The translations under genes and the position numbers were made by a program. Below the pieces are notes generated by a model. It saw only the letters and a list, made by a program, of their open reading frames with translations. It had not been told where the DNA came from and did not search any database. Positions 34,197 to 47,900 of a stretch of 64,000 bases of DNA are shown here, piece by piece. Origin of the DNA: Balanoglossus misakiensis (Eukaryota; Animalia; Hemichordata); contig CM082595.2 in the NCBI GenBank assembly GCA_040954595.2, positions 4,552,137 through 4,616,136 on the forward strand, read 5' to 3'. Numbering within the stretch: the stretch's first letter is position 1; the number at the start of each line of letters is the position of its first letter.

Positions 34197-37100
34197 ACTG
34201 CAACGACTAGTGACACCTATGAAAAGTTACGTTATCTATATACACTTCTCCGCCCTTTCATCTACGTACTAATAAAACAACGTTCGAATAATGCGCTAGA
34301 TAGTAAAAACTTTCTAATGTTTCATTTGGAATATCTTCCAAATAGAGTTGTAAGCACTTGCCGTGAGCAAATTATCAATTAGGACAATGCTACCTGACTA
34401 ATAACCTTAGTTGAGATGTCGTCAATAAACTATTCATTAACTTTTTGACTACTTGATAATTTGAAACGCGAACTTGTTAATTAAAGAGAAGCGTGTTTGC
34501 AGAGATGGTTTGTTTCAAGCGAGTGGGGTGTTTTCTCGTCCCTAGCTGCGGAAATTCACATCATAGTGTCTCGTGTTTAGATGTGCACGCTCAACCTGAG
34601 GGTGTGAAGCGGTGTTTGGAAACAAGTTTTAATGAAACATCAGAAAACTAGATGCTTTTACAGCTACAAAGGGAGCGTCCACGCATCAATCGTGGTCAGA
34701 ATGTTCTACGAACCGGGAATGTTTTTTTAAACCAAGAATCAGTATCAACATCGGGATTGTACCACGTCAATACCAAGCCCAAACGTTCTGTGCGGCGAAA
34801 GTGTTTTCCAGGGACGGCTTTTCTGACAGTAATACCGGATTAATTAAAATCGCAGACAATGGAGGCATCTTTTCTGACAACCGCCGATACCCGTTCCATT
34901 AATAGAATAATCCGATGTGCGGACGTGCTCAAAGGCGTAATTCACACTTTCTTAAGTCCGGCCTGGCATCTCCATGCCAAACGGATTCCACTGGAATCAG
35001 ATTTATTCGGGCGGAGTGGATGCCCGTGATTTTTGTTTGGATAAACCGACACAAATGTTGCGAACGATAAAGAATCGGACTTAGTAAAAATGTCAAATCA
35101 TTGTTCGCGAAAATAACCTGTTTTACAGTATTTTGCCAGATCAACAATCACACATATGATCTATCTTACTGTAATTCTTTCGGAAACCAGTCTGATCTTC
35201 TAGCATCTTGATGGTCGATTCAGCCTATCTACACAAATTTTTGAATCAGGACTCCCGTAAATATCTTACAACCATTTATTATTGACGAGTGGTAATATTA
35301 TACACATAAGTTATAAGGTTAGAAGAGAAAATGATGAACACTATCTCTTCTGTTGAAATTATTTGTAACAGCGCCCCCAATATCAGGGAAGACGTGTGGG
35401 GGGATACACATAAACCATACTGGCCTCTCTTCAAGACGTGTAACACGCATCCACACCTCATAATTAAAACATTAGCGCTGAGTACCTCCATGTCGGGACA
35501 GGCCGTTGTTGACACGACAGAAAGATGTCTGCCTAGGTGTAATTCTGAGCACTTGGCGTGTGTGTAGCAACGTGAAAAATATCACGACGCGAGACGCCGA
35601 GCGTGTCGTGGCCAAGAAGTCGCCAGACATGGTCGTGTTGACACATGAGCGGCGTTGGGGCGGGACTCGCCAGGGACCGAAAAATAACGAATTCGGGTCG
35701 TTGACCACCAAAAGCTTCTTTTAATTTTTACGACTATCTTCAAAACTCATTCTACTTGTAGTTGCGAGCTAGAACCCCTGGCTTTATTAAGAACGCCTCG
35801 CTCCATCTTCCCTGAGTGTTATTCTGCAGATTTCTTCATCACATTTTTTCTACAGTTGTTCTGACTTTAAGCTTTCGGTAATGCCCAAACATTCAGTAAA
35901 CTTTTCCTAGGTTACGACACATTGGATGCTTGCCCATATGACACTACAGCGGTACGAAACACAACATAAGGAAAAGTAACTACGAGTCATAAAGAACATA
36001 TCACAGATTTGTAACGACTATCAAAATTCACGACACGATTTCTTCCAAAACGGTACAAAACGTTCTCAGTTTGCGATGGAACGCGTAGCATTGTCATGCA
36101 GTCGAGCATTCCTATGTGAATTGTCCAAGAAACAAGAATTCTTTTCCCCCTTTTTTTTCAAATACCCAAACTCGCCGTGACATGAATTGTCGTGCCTGGG
36201 GTGTCTTAGCGTGGTACGGGTGACGGTATCGACCCGCGATTAATAGGACCTGAATGGCGGGGCGAACTACAGACGAAAAGTAATTAACGAACGACAATCC
36301 AAAAAAGGACACCGGCCGAAAGTTCTCTGTCTCAGCACAGAAATAGATAGAGACACCTGCATGGCACCTGTGGACAGTTCAGCCTAGAATCGTCACAGTG
36401 TTTTAGACCACCCACTGCAATCCCCCACCCCCACGGGGACAGCTGTTGGAGTTTGAACACCAAGAACCGACTCAGGGGTAAATCTCTCGCGAACGACTGC
36501 ACATCCACGGGCAAGGCCATGACCAACTGCCCCGGCGACCGACAACTTCAAAGTCGCCCGGCCGCGAGCTGAAAGTCAATGTCAGAGATTTATTTTATGG
36601 CCCTATTCAACTTCTCAATTGTCATCTGGCAAAGACAAAGGTGGACGCAGTTACAGACGACGTCTCACTACATGCATTAACTTTAATTAAACGGTTTATC
36701 TCGAAACAGTCTTGAAATGGATTGGAACTAATTACACGTCATGATCTCGGATCACCCGGTTAGGTAACGCTTTCTTATTACCCATCGGTCGCCGGTCCAA
36801 TCGACGCGGTTAATTGAGTATTTGAATGTAATTTTTATGTATACTGTAGTGTGGGACTCCCGGTGTTTTTGAAAATTACGTTCTATGGGGAAAATTGTTT
36901 GTTATGTCCGGGTATAATAATTGCCCTTGGCGTTTGCTAACAGATCCTCTGAAAAAGCATAGGTGACAGTCTACTGTCTATGGTGACATCTGATAATATA
37001 AAAAATATCGCAGCTAAGTAGCGATAGAGGGCGCTGAAAACGTGATGCAAGGACGTGTTAGTCTTGAATGACGGCAAAAAAAGTGAAGGTCTCAGCTGTA

Positions 37101-38134
37101 ATTTAAAAGTCTTGATTACATGTTAATTTTCCGAACTATGGAAGCGTTATTAATGAAGCGCGAACGTCTTAGAACACGCAGCAAGGGAAGCGGCTTCTCT
37201 TGAATCGGGAAAAGACGTCTTAGTCACCCCGGCTGCAATTGTGGTCTCCTTGGCAACGCCAGACGACATATCACCTTCCCACGGTATTAGTAAGAAAGGG
37301 GGTGTCTATGCAGTTGAATAACTTTCTAGAGAACGTGACATCCGTTGAATTAAGATTTTTTTTAAACAAATAGCAACAAAACATCGGTGGGACCGTCGGT
37401 AAGGAATGGAGGTGTGGGCGCACCAAGACAAAGAATTTTATTTCGTGCCCCTTGGGCCTCTAAAGGTCTGTGGATACATCTGAAAATGCAATGGCGATGA
37501 AATTAAAGTTTTCTTTCTCGCTTGCTTGCTTGGTACCCGCGTAACCGCGCAAGCGCGCCAACGGAACGCTCATCCGCCGAGACGACCTGTTGATCGCAGG
37601 CGGAAGACTTCTCGTGGAGAGAAGTGTTTTTGGTTGCACTCTCGCCCCCTACGGCAAGGCAGCGTCAGTCTTCCCGTCACACGCGCACTGCCATGCTACG
37701 ACAACGCCGTGATTGTCTTCTCACGTCTGTCTAACAGCTTTCTATGATTGACAGTCTTCCTGAAGCAGCTTTTCGACAATTACTGTTTTTGAAGATATAG
37801 GCGTTTAGTCCTACAGATAGTCAAGAACTGTAATCTCCGACTAAGTGTCTGTTAACGAATTCTCTCCCTTTTTGTTGTTATTCTTTCATTAAAGTTGCCT
37901 TTCTTTTCCCCGTTGCAACTTGACATCTAACAATACGCGAAACACACATTGTATTTCTCCCTTTAGTTTCCGATCATGTGCAGCAAGTGCATTTGAGAGT
38001 TTTCATGATAAAGCCTTCACCTGTCTGTAAATCAGACGAATTCCCCATGAGGTAGCACGGCTTCTGGGCGCGATTTCCAGACCAGTGTATCAGGAAATAA
38101 GGCACAGCTTCCAAGCCGGCGAGGAACAGAACAG

Positions 38135-38303
38135 CTCACACGGGCAAGTCCAAATTAGTAGCTACGCCGCAACACAACGTGCGGGCTTTTTATATGGGGA
38201 AAATAATGAATGCATCACACCTGGTCACGCAAAATTCAAATTACGAAAGTAAGCAAAAACACACCTGGTCACAAAACAACAGAAAACTTCTCCTACGTAA
38301 CAC
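38135..38303 (-). promoter_or_regulatory. Duplicated module, copy A: minus-strand TATA box with two upstream CAGGTG E-boxes
   Basis: Homologous to 54320-54495; TATAAAA (minus) 38188-38194; CACCTG at 38218 and 38262. Confidence 0.5.
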
Positions 38304-38699
38304 TATAAAAGAATCCCATATCCTATTTCACAGTTTTGGCAGAAAGATTCCGTCTCGCAATTTAGAGTAATTTAACTTTTTTGACATTATGCGAGAGACG
38401 CACAACTGAATGGGTCCTTTTAGTGATGCGCAGACTGTGACGTCATGATAGGCGATTTTTCCCGGGAAAATTGCCGACCCTGTTATATCGTAGGCCCTGG
38501 TAAAATATGCCCCGCGATCGATAAGCCAAATCGCACCTAAGACTCGAATCTCGTTAGAAGCACTCGCCGTGAATGTGCGAAGGAATGCAGACGGCGACTG
38601 GCGCAATTGAAGGACCGTGGGAGCGCCAACACTTGGAAACGTGAAGGAGGGAACAAGCTATTAGCGACAATACGCAACCGTTTCACGGAATCTCTAGTG

Positions 38700-38798
38700 T
38701 GATCGGTGATTTACATATCTCCCGCGAAAAAATAAATATCTTGCTCATCTTATGTCTATTCGGAATGATCGGTGATTTACATATCTCCCGCGAAAAAT
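38700..38798. repeat. Short direct repeat tgatcggtgatttacatatctcccgcgaaaaa x2
   Basis: Identical ~32-mers starting at 38700 and 38766. Confidence 0.85.
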
Positions 38799-41358
38799 CA
38801 AAATATTTCGCTAATCTTCCGTCGATTGGGAATGACAACCTTAACCAGTGGAAACCAGTTTTACGCGTGCGATGCAACTTGTATAACAGAAAGTGATTGT
38901 GCTGCAGCAATTTTGCAAGTTCTTGTCACGAGCGCATCACATCCACGTGTCACATGACCTATACTGTGTAATTTATCAGTATAATGCGATACTTTCTTTG
39001 GCTATCGTTTTTTCTCATGGTTAGCAATATAAGAAAAATATCACACGGCCATATCTCCGATTTAAAAAGGAATTTGAACCGTCGGGTTAAATTTGGTGTT
39101 TGTACGTCAAGCCACAAAACCCCGGGGTCATTCAGTTTTACAATGACTGAAACAAAGCGACTACCACTGCAAAGAATTTCAATCTACGTTTAGAAGTATG
39201 TGTCGCCAAGATGCCATCGCCATGTTCACGGTCACCCCCCCCCCCCCCCCCCCCCATTTTCAAAGTTCATGCAACAACGATGACGCGATGCGAAACAAGC
39301 ACTTTTCGGAGGAGGGGCCCTCACGATGCACGACGTTTTGTGTCAAATGTCGTTCGCACCCGCTGACTGACCGTGACATTGTCGATACCCGTATAGGGGT
39401 TGTGCTATGAGATACTGGTGCACATGTACATCCATGCCCGTATAGACCTACATATGAAATTCCCTGAACAAAACGTTGCGTGAAACATGTCTCAGATTCC
39501 CACGGAACTGTAATAGAACTGTAAACCCCCTGGGCCATCTTGTTTTACCATTTAAAAATTGTGATATATGCGAGCCCGCATATATCACTGTCCACTGTCC
39601 ATCGTGAACACCTATTTCGTGCAAAAACGCCAAGATAATGACATTGACACATTGCCTCACACCCAGGCAAACAGGTCTGACTATTCCCGGGGTTTACTAA
39701 AGATTGGGTTGTACTACCAGCAAAGTGCCAATCGAGCGTTTACGACCACTCATGATGATCGTGTGGGGCCAATGGCATTTGCAAAGAGAGATATACATGT
39801 ACATTGTCCATATTGCACGACAACGATGCGATAACAAGGGAATCGATCGCTTGCATCACATACGACTGTTCTACAGTCCACGATTGAACATTCTTGGTGT
39901 GATTTCATCGATTCGTGACTTTCTAAGCCATAGAAAAAAGTTGCATATGTCATTTGTGGTCGGTGGATAAATAGGTCGTAGCCACAAGGCATACATTCCA
40001 TTAAAGTGTGATGTGTTGAAACACGACAAGTAATTCAGCAACATGATAAAAATACGGAACTAAATCATTTCTGGCGAATTAGGGCCACAGCAAGTTTCTA
40101 ATACATGTATTGTCGTTTTGAAATTCAGACGGAAAAGTCGTTATTTGAATGGCAACGGTTGAAGGATATGTATGATCACTCTTATGGTCATTTCTTCGCC
40201 ACATCCACATTGTTGTCTGTTTGTACACGTACCCAGAAGAGTAAAAGAAACCCCTTATCATAGATGCAGGACACCCCAATTATCGCCATTGTGCAGGAAT
40301 ATATATTTACAGCAAACCGAGTGTACATAATCTTGGCGTATTAGCAAAATGGCCTCTTGTTCCGATTGTATTCCTTGGGAGAGACTCCTCCAGAAATGTG
40401 TGGGAATTTTTTTGCTCGAGGAGACCCTTTGTGTTTTCAAGAAAAGATTACCGAAGTTACAAGAGTTTTCACGAAGAATCGCATCGTAATGACGACAAAT
40501 GTTGATTTTGTCCCCGGGGCTGACAGTGACGTTGCGGCCAATGGCAAGTCGTGGGCCGTGGGGAAAGCTACTTTCAGGTGACGGTGTTAGTGAGCACGAT
40601 TTGTGCTCGAGTTCGGCCGTTTTCCACCGTCCCTGCAACAGGCTACCCAAGAAGTCGCTTCTTTTCGTTCTTTTCTTGAAATATTCTTGCCACAGCCCGG
40701 TTTTTTTTTATCGTCATATCTCCAGGGCTTTTTTTCCCGCCAGAACTTCCCATTCAAACGGAACACTGTCTCTAGTGTGTATTACCCGGTTTTCGACACC
40801 CCGTTAGCGCTTCGTCCATCAGCTTTTGTGGACCCCTGCTTTAGAACAATGCGAGCTCATTTAACCAGGCTTCTCTCAGTCCGTTTCTGTACACAGCTCG
40901 TCTTGTAACAGTTGACAAACAATTGATACCACCCTACTCAGGGCAAAAATTATCATCTCACTGAATGGATTAGAGTGGCTTCAGAACAGGCTTGTTGACA
41001 CGTCATTAATACGCCATTGAACCGTCCAGAAAATTTCCCGCGAAATCATTCTCCCGGGCAAAGGATTCTGGGAAACGAATTCCTCCAGATATAGAATTAG
41101 TGTTAGAGCCATCGTTAAGGCTTCCCAACCATCGACATATAGATTAAAATACTAGTTAACATAAATTAAAAATTTGGATTCAGAGAGTCATGTTTTACAT
41201 GCAGACTGCTACATCTCACTAGCGAAAATTTATTCGCTATCACACTGTCACTTGTAAATCTCGACATTTGTAACTGTGCGATAATGGGCAAAACACGTCG
41301 CCCACCTATTTTTTTTTCTGCATAATGAGTCGATTCTTTGATTCTGGTATCCAGAAGC

Positions 41359-41620
41359 TACATTATCGTGGAATAAATTAATTTAGCAATTGTCCGCTTT
41401 TTGCAACTTGATAGTCGCGGAATACATAATCAAGGAATAAATTAATTGTTCAAAAGCCCATTTTAACCATTTGATGATAATGGAATACATTATCGTGGAA
41501 TAAATTAATTGAGCATGGGTTCAGCTTTGTGACAATTTGAAAGTCGTAAGATACATTATCAAGGAATAAATTGATCGATCAAAAGCCCGTTTTTCACAAT
41601 TTGATAGCTACGGGGTACAT
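41359..41620. repeat. Degenerate ~64-bp minisatellite (4 units, ~127-bp dimer)
   Basis: tacat(t/a)atc(gt/aa)ggaataaatt at 41359, 41423, 41486, 41552. Confidence 0.8.
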
Positions 41621-44600
41621 TCACATGGAACAAGTAAAGAATAGCCAATTTATATGTGGTTTGCCAAGAATAGCGCATTCTCCACGATGCACAAATTGGC
41701 GCAATTGGGCAAAATGCGTACAAATATCGAATGAGAATGTCAGGTATGCTTGACACACATTCAATTTTAACACATTTTAGTGTTTTGCTCTTCAAAATAA
41801 ACTGGCCGAAGAGTCGAATAGATTTGATTTTTTTTTTGTGAATGACAAAAAGTAGATGTCGATAACCATGTGGGCCGCGAATATTTCCAACTATTGGACG
41901 TTGGAATTTAACAAGGGTAAATTTCTAGGGCGTGTTTCCGAGCACTGTTTTAAGCAACCTTTCTGGTTTGCATTTGAAACCGCGGGGTTCTGAATTCCCT
42001 GAGAATTTCGTGTCACACAAACAAATCTAAAATTACGGACCTCTCATCCCTCTATTTGGAAAAAAAATTCTTGTGATTTTTTTAATTCTGATTATGCCAA
42101 CAGAATAAATTGTCAATGAATAAATTAATTGGTCAATACTTCATTAGATCTCTGATAAAATTTCAGTGCCAATGAAGTGTCCCTTTCACGCTTTTTGCGC
42201 ATTGAAGATTTCGCGCGCGATTTTTAAATTTACGCCTTTCTTTAAAGTTACAATTGTGAGCAAAGATTCGAATTAGAGACCTGTTGGGCGTTTCGGCATG
42301 ACTTTGTGATGCTTCACGATCAGAACAGCATCGCGTGAAAAATAGACTAAATTCACAAATTATTGCATCACTTTGGTTACGAGTCTCTCTATGAAGCGTA
42401 TGTGTATGATCGCGTTGCGGTAACCGAAACCAGGCCAGCCCCGAATTCGAAACTCAGCTCAGTACAAGAAACTCGGTCAAAGCAAGCAAAAAGTAGGAAG
42501 GGTATTGAAAATCTCGATAAAGACAAAAAACCACAAAGCGACTAGTTGGCTAGTCTTCAACGACGTGTCTAATTGTTGGAGTTGTCAACGTGCTCGTCAC
42601 CGTGCGCATTCATCACCACGCAGGGATGGTGCTGAAGGTAAAAGCTGGCATCGTGAATCGCTCTCTCCTCATAAATTATCGCAAGTTTCGTTTCGCGACG
42701 CCATGGTTCCCGCGCTGCACTGAACATGTCATCAACGCATCAGTTATCACCCATCCAAAAGCAATTGATAGAGAGACTGCATAACACTAGCTGAAAAAAT
42801 CACATCTGTAAAATTCTTTCATATTCTTGTAAAGAGAGAGTGACTATAGAAAGGAGGCAACAAAATCATGAAAGTGTGAGCATTTAGAAATAAATCCTCT
42901 TACAATTCGTGCATGGGTACAGCTCTTGTGATGACTGATTCAGTATTGTGCAGCAAAATGTAAATACATGCAAATATAAAATGCCACGTGAAAATACATG
43001 TAACACTGAAATGTGCTGCAAAAGATGGCGACTCTGACCAATATATGTAAACCTATGAGGTTCAAATACATGATTCCGAAATCGTTTCGCCAGGAAAGGC
43101 TGTACTTGGAAAACGCAACGTTAAAACCATTTTCCCGGGAAAACCACCACTTACAGGAAAAGTGTCATCTTTATTCATATAGGTACTTGAGTGTATTCTT
43201 CCCCAAGTGACAATGTCATGGATAGGTCACACATGCGCAATGGGGTGACAATGGGTCCTGTGTAGGGGAATGTGGCCAGGGTGAGCAGAGCGTGATTTAC
43301 CGAGGTGGTGGCCACTATTGTCTGGCTACAATGATGCCTTTTGGGGTTAACTATCTGCTAACGTGGTGGGCGACGTTGGGTGGAGTCGGTAATGCATACC
43401 TATGTGCTTTTTTGCCGGGAAATTCAGAATATCATTTCCTCTGCTATAGCTACCACATGCTGAAGTTATGAATTTTCTGGTGATTCTCCCACGGTTACAT
43501 AAACGAATACATAGTACGTTCACGTATATGTATGTAGAAAGCAAAGGCTGGTTGCAAAATGAAAATAAGGGGCGTCTTTGTCAGTATAAACACTCTCAAT
43601 GTCTACACTAATACCGATGGCAAACTTGGAGTACATACGTGCTCACTCGTCACTTGTCTTATTCAAGGTGACGGCGAGATGCACACTGAATGACAGCGAG
43701 ACTATTAGGAGGCTAATGTGCCTCTAATCAGAATAAGCCGGACGTAGTTCTTTGTTCATAATTATTCCTGTAGATCCGTTTAATTAAACCTTTTGAGTAA
43801 TTAACCGTGCGTTAGTTTCATCGTGTGTCCACCATCGCCCATACTTCGAATGCAATCGCATGCTTAATGTAGATGGATCGTCGCGAGACATCCCTGTCGT
43901 TCGTCAAGGGGGATTAGGGGAGATTGAATGACGTCACAGCGGAAGTCCCGACATGCCCGACCTCCGCTTGTCCATTCAACGAAATCAGAATCTTGTGCAA
44001 AATTTGAAAGAGTTCCCGGTATTTGGAGTGATGGTGTAAATTCGCGGAAAGTACGAATGATCAATTGTTGTCGCACCCCTTTCCCGATTCCATTTGCAAT
44101 TTTAAAGAACAACAGTTTCCAATCTCCATGTCGCTTTTCAACTCTTGCCATTGTACTTCTATGCAGACTTGACTATTGAAGGAACCGTGCACCTATTTTT
44201 AGCAACCATTAAAAAGCAATTATAGCAAAAGCTATTTCTGTTTCGACGTTTAGAGTACGTACGTAAAAGCAATTTCAGAACTTTTCATCCATTCATCGGT
44301 AATTTCATCCCCGCGAAGGATGCCAAGACTAATATATTCGTAATGCCACGAAATAATAAGAGATACAGGTACCTACAATATGGCGTCGGGCGTTTCGCTA
44401 AAATCGCATGCAATGGCCCGACAGCCCATAATATCAAAGACAACAATTGATAGCTTACAGCAAATAACCATTACAGGGTAATCGGGGTATTTTAGATGTT
44501 AAAGTTCCTTCAAAAAGGTTATATTTTTACGAAATAGGCACGCCAATGGAGCAATCTTCAGCCCTGGCCACCACGTCCCTTTTAACCAATCGTTGAATAT

Positions 44601-46784
44601 TCATGAGTATAGACAGGCCACCTGTATCGAATCAATTCTCCGTCCATCCATGTCCATTAGTAAACTCAACTCATTAAAAAGTCTAATTCCGGTTTGTGGT
44701 AATTTGTTCTGTTTTTTTAGAAACTGTTCTCTGTCTCTTTATTTGGTTGTTCGATATGTGCTACATGTATCTTATGTACATGTACCAACCTGAACTGAAA
44801 CTGCGCAGAAGTTCAATCAGTTTATTAATATGTCTGGCATATTTTTATGAAGATCTTTTCCCCTCTTCGTGTTGTACTAATAGATCAGAAACATTCGAAG
44901 GTCATTCTTTGATCTCGAAATGAAATGAGATTGTGTAACATTTCGTAGAATTTCCCAGCTTCCCGCGGGAACCACCTTCCTAAAACAGACGTGAGACGAG
45001 TCTCACCACGTCAAGAGTGCGTGCAGTGAGATTGTTCCAACGGAGGTGGTTTGGCTTACTGCCGGTGACAGTATGTGATAAAATGGGAGAATGAGAGAAC
45101 ATAGAAATTTCTGACCAAAGTTTTGCAAACGAGGTGTGCACAATTCACAATCCACGCATTCTATTGACACCAACCATGTTGCCAACGCGACGCGCGCAGG
45201 TGCCCAAAAAGTGATTCAGGAAAGCCTTTCGCAATTGCTGTCTCACTGAACCAGACAATGACCATCACATTATCATGTATAATTTGTATTTCAACCGTTG
45301 GGACTACACCATGCATAACCTTCAATGACAGCCTCCCTAGTCGACGCTGCATCGCTTATCGCTGCTTCAAAAGATATTTTAATATCACTCACAATAATAA
45401 ATTATCATCGCATATTAATTAGGTAGGAGAAAGTGGTAGATAATGAAAGCTTTAATCAGCATTGGCATCATCAGCTTTCGTTTGTTAATCTCTAGTCCCC
45501 CTTTCTGTATTTAAACATAGAATTTTATGCAGGACTTTGAAAGAACTAATATTATCATTGGCTTTTCAAGAAAGCCACACTCTCTTACAGCCCCACGCCA
45601 TAGTATGTGTAAAGGTGTCCATTTGACCTATCACCTCTTTGAGCCTACAGATAAAGTCAAGGATATTTTACGATTCATTGAACTTTAGGCGTGTCCGTCC
45701 ACTTTTTACTTTTCAACTCCCGTTTTTGAAAGCTCTGTCGCGTTTGACATTTGAAATCAAGACGATGACTACAAAGCTCATTGAGAAACACGGGAGTGTC
45801 GTGTTGTTAGCCCCAGGGATGGGGCTTCATCATGTTTGTGACTGAGTTCGTGTCTTGGTGTCTGGCGTCTCTCAGTTGTCAGAATTGATTTTCGCTTGAT
45901 TTTCACTGGAAAGAGCGAGACAATGATCGCAGGTTATGGCACGCAAAATCTCGTGGAGGAAAGAATGATGAAGACATATACGTAAAGATGAGTCAAGTCG
46001 ACAAAATGCATGGCTGTTGTTCAACACTGGTTCATAGCAATCGCAAATGGACCCAAGCAGACATGAATGCATTTATAATATTAAAAAAAAACACCGCAGC
46101 ATTAACATGCATGTATGTAGCCAGCGTGTTTTCTGCTTGTTGGAAAAGAACGTCACATGCCATTGTAAATTAACATAGTAAAACATTTTGCATTTTGCAC
46201 CCTAGAAGTTTAAACTCTGTAAAGACTTCCTGATTTCCTGGCGGGATGTGCAGTGAAGAGAAAACAGGCCAGAAGTAACAATCGAACGTTCCTCATTTGG
46301 TATTCATTAGAATTCTGCGCCGGAAACGTTTAGAATGGCAAGTTAATCCTTGACATTGAAACACAAACTTTCAATCGCTCATAATTATTCAAGAACTTAA
46401 AGGTTGCTTTCGTAAACATTCCGAAGACGAGTTTGTAAGAAGACGTCACTGACGTAGATAACTGATAATGCATCGCATCCCATTTCAGTATTGAAATGCT
46501 ATGATAATTTATTTCCTATCACGTTAACATGTTGGATATGAACGGGATTATAATTCACTTATTGTGAAATTGTCAAAAATCATCTCATTAGGTCGCTCTG
46601 TCATGTAAAGGGAAAACGCAAAAAAGTCGTTTATGTGCCTTTAACACTGAACCATTATCTCAGCCATAGCGCGAAGGAAGTGAGAAAAGACTGAGTCACA
46701 ACCTACACTATAGAGATGTTTTCACGCCTGCGCAGTACCCTGGACATGGAATTTGAAAGACAATACATGTACATGTACAATGTA

Positions 46785-47399
46785 CCGTAGTTTGCCGGGT
46801 AAGAGCCCCTGCTCGGACAAACGCCCCCCCCCCTGGTTTTAGGGCCCATTTGTAGATCGAGGCCATATCCGGTCTAAAGCCCCCCCCCCCCCCCCGGCCG
46901 AATATCCATTAAATTCTTGGAAATTTAATAAAGTGCAATGCAAAAAAGGCGGATTTTCATCCCCAAAGTCACTAAAAGTGAAAAAAAAAAATGTATGATG
47001 ATTTACTTTCGCGCTGATTATCGTACCCACCGCGGCCGACTGGCCACGCTGAGTTATATATAGCCGCTCTAGAAAACATGACCTCAGACAGGTCCCTCGG
47101 GACCGTGCCTCGAATTCAACGATCACGTAGATGGACGCGCTGCCGCGTGTGAGGTCACCGGGGAGCTTTCCAAAGCGGCCGCGTGGAGCTGCTTCAGTCC
47201 GTCCTCGACGCGAAACACCCAACATTGGAAGATCCCGACTTGGACTCGGAGAATGAACCACTCAAAAATTTGCATAAAAGTCGAGGTGGCCATCCCTCAT
47301 TTGCATAAATCTCGAGGCCATATCCGGGCTAAAGCCCCCCCCTGTTTTTTCGCTAATCTGTTGGCCCAGCACCCGGGGCTCTTACCCGGCAAACTACGG
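46785..47399. mobile_element. Tc1/mariner-superfamily (Tc2/pogo-like CCGTA termini) MITE, 615 bp
   Basis: TA|CCGTAGTTTGCCGGGTAAGAGCCCC ... GGGGCTCTTACCCGGCAAACTACGG|TA: perfect 25-bp TIRs, TA duplication; subterminal repeat tcgaggccatatccgg.ctaaagcccccc at ~46857 and ~47312. Confidence 0.9.
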
Positions 47400-47440
47400 T
47401 AGTACGATTGGCGATGCCTGTGTGTCTCAGGGAAAGGGTA

Positions 47441-47900
47441 TATTAATTTATTCAATGATAATTTATGACTAGTGAAACCAAATTTAGAACCTCGCAAAAC
47501 GTTTGTCGTCGTGAAATGGGGTTGCAAAGAGGCAAGATCAAAGCTCAAAGAATGAAAATGTCTGCTGCTTCTCGTTGCTGAGGACAGAACTCAGCGTTGC
47601 CAAGGTGTTGCCGTGTACTTAACGCATGCGTGGTATAAATGCAGGTACAATGTACATGTATATTTTGTACGGTTCCAGAAACAAAAGCTGGATTAATTAA
47701 TTAAATGATAATTTATTACTAGTGAAATCAGAAACACCGAAATTTGACAAAACCCTATTGATAACGAAATAGCCGATAAAAATGTTTAACGCATGCGTGA
47801 TACCCTGGACAGAAATTGAAAGACAATTGCATGATTTCATCATTGACAAAGCTGTATTAATTAATTCAATGATAATTTATGACTAGTGAAATCAGAATTA
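47441..47900. repeat. Degenerate AT-rich tandem repeat (aatgataatttat.actagtgaaa x3)
   Basis: Units at ~47441, ~47692, ~47856; related block ccctggaca..aa.ttgaaagacaat at 46738 and 47803. Confidence 0.7.
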
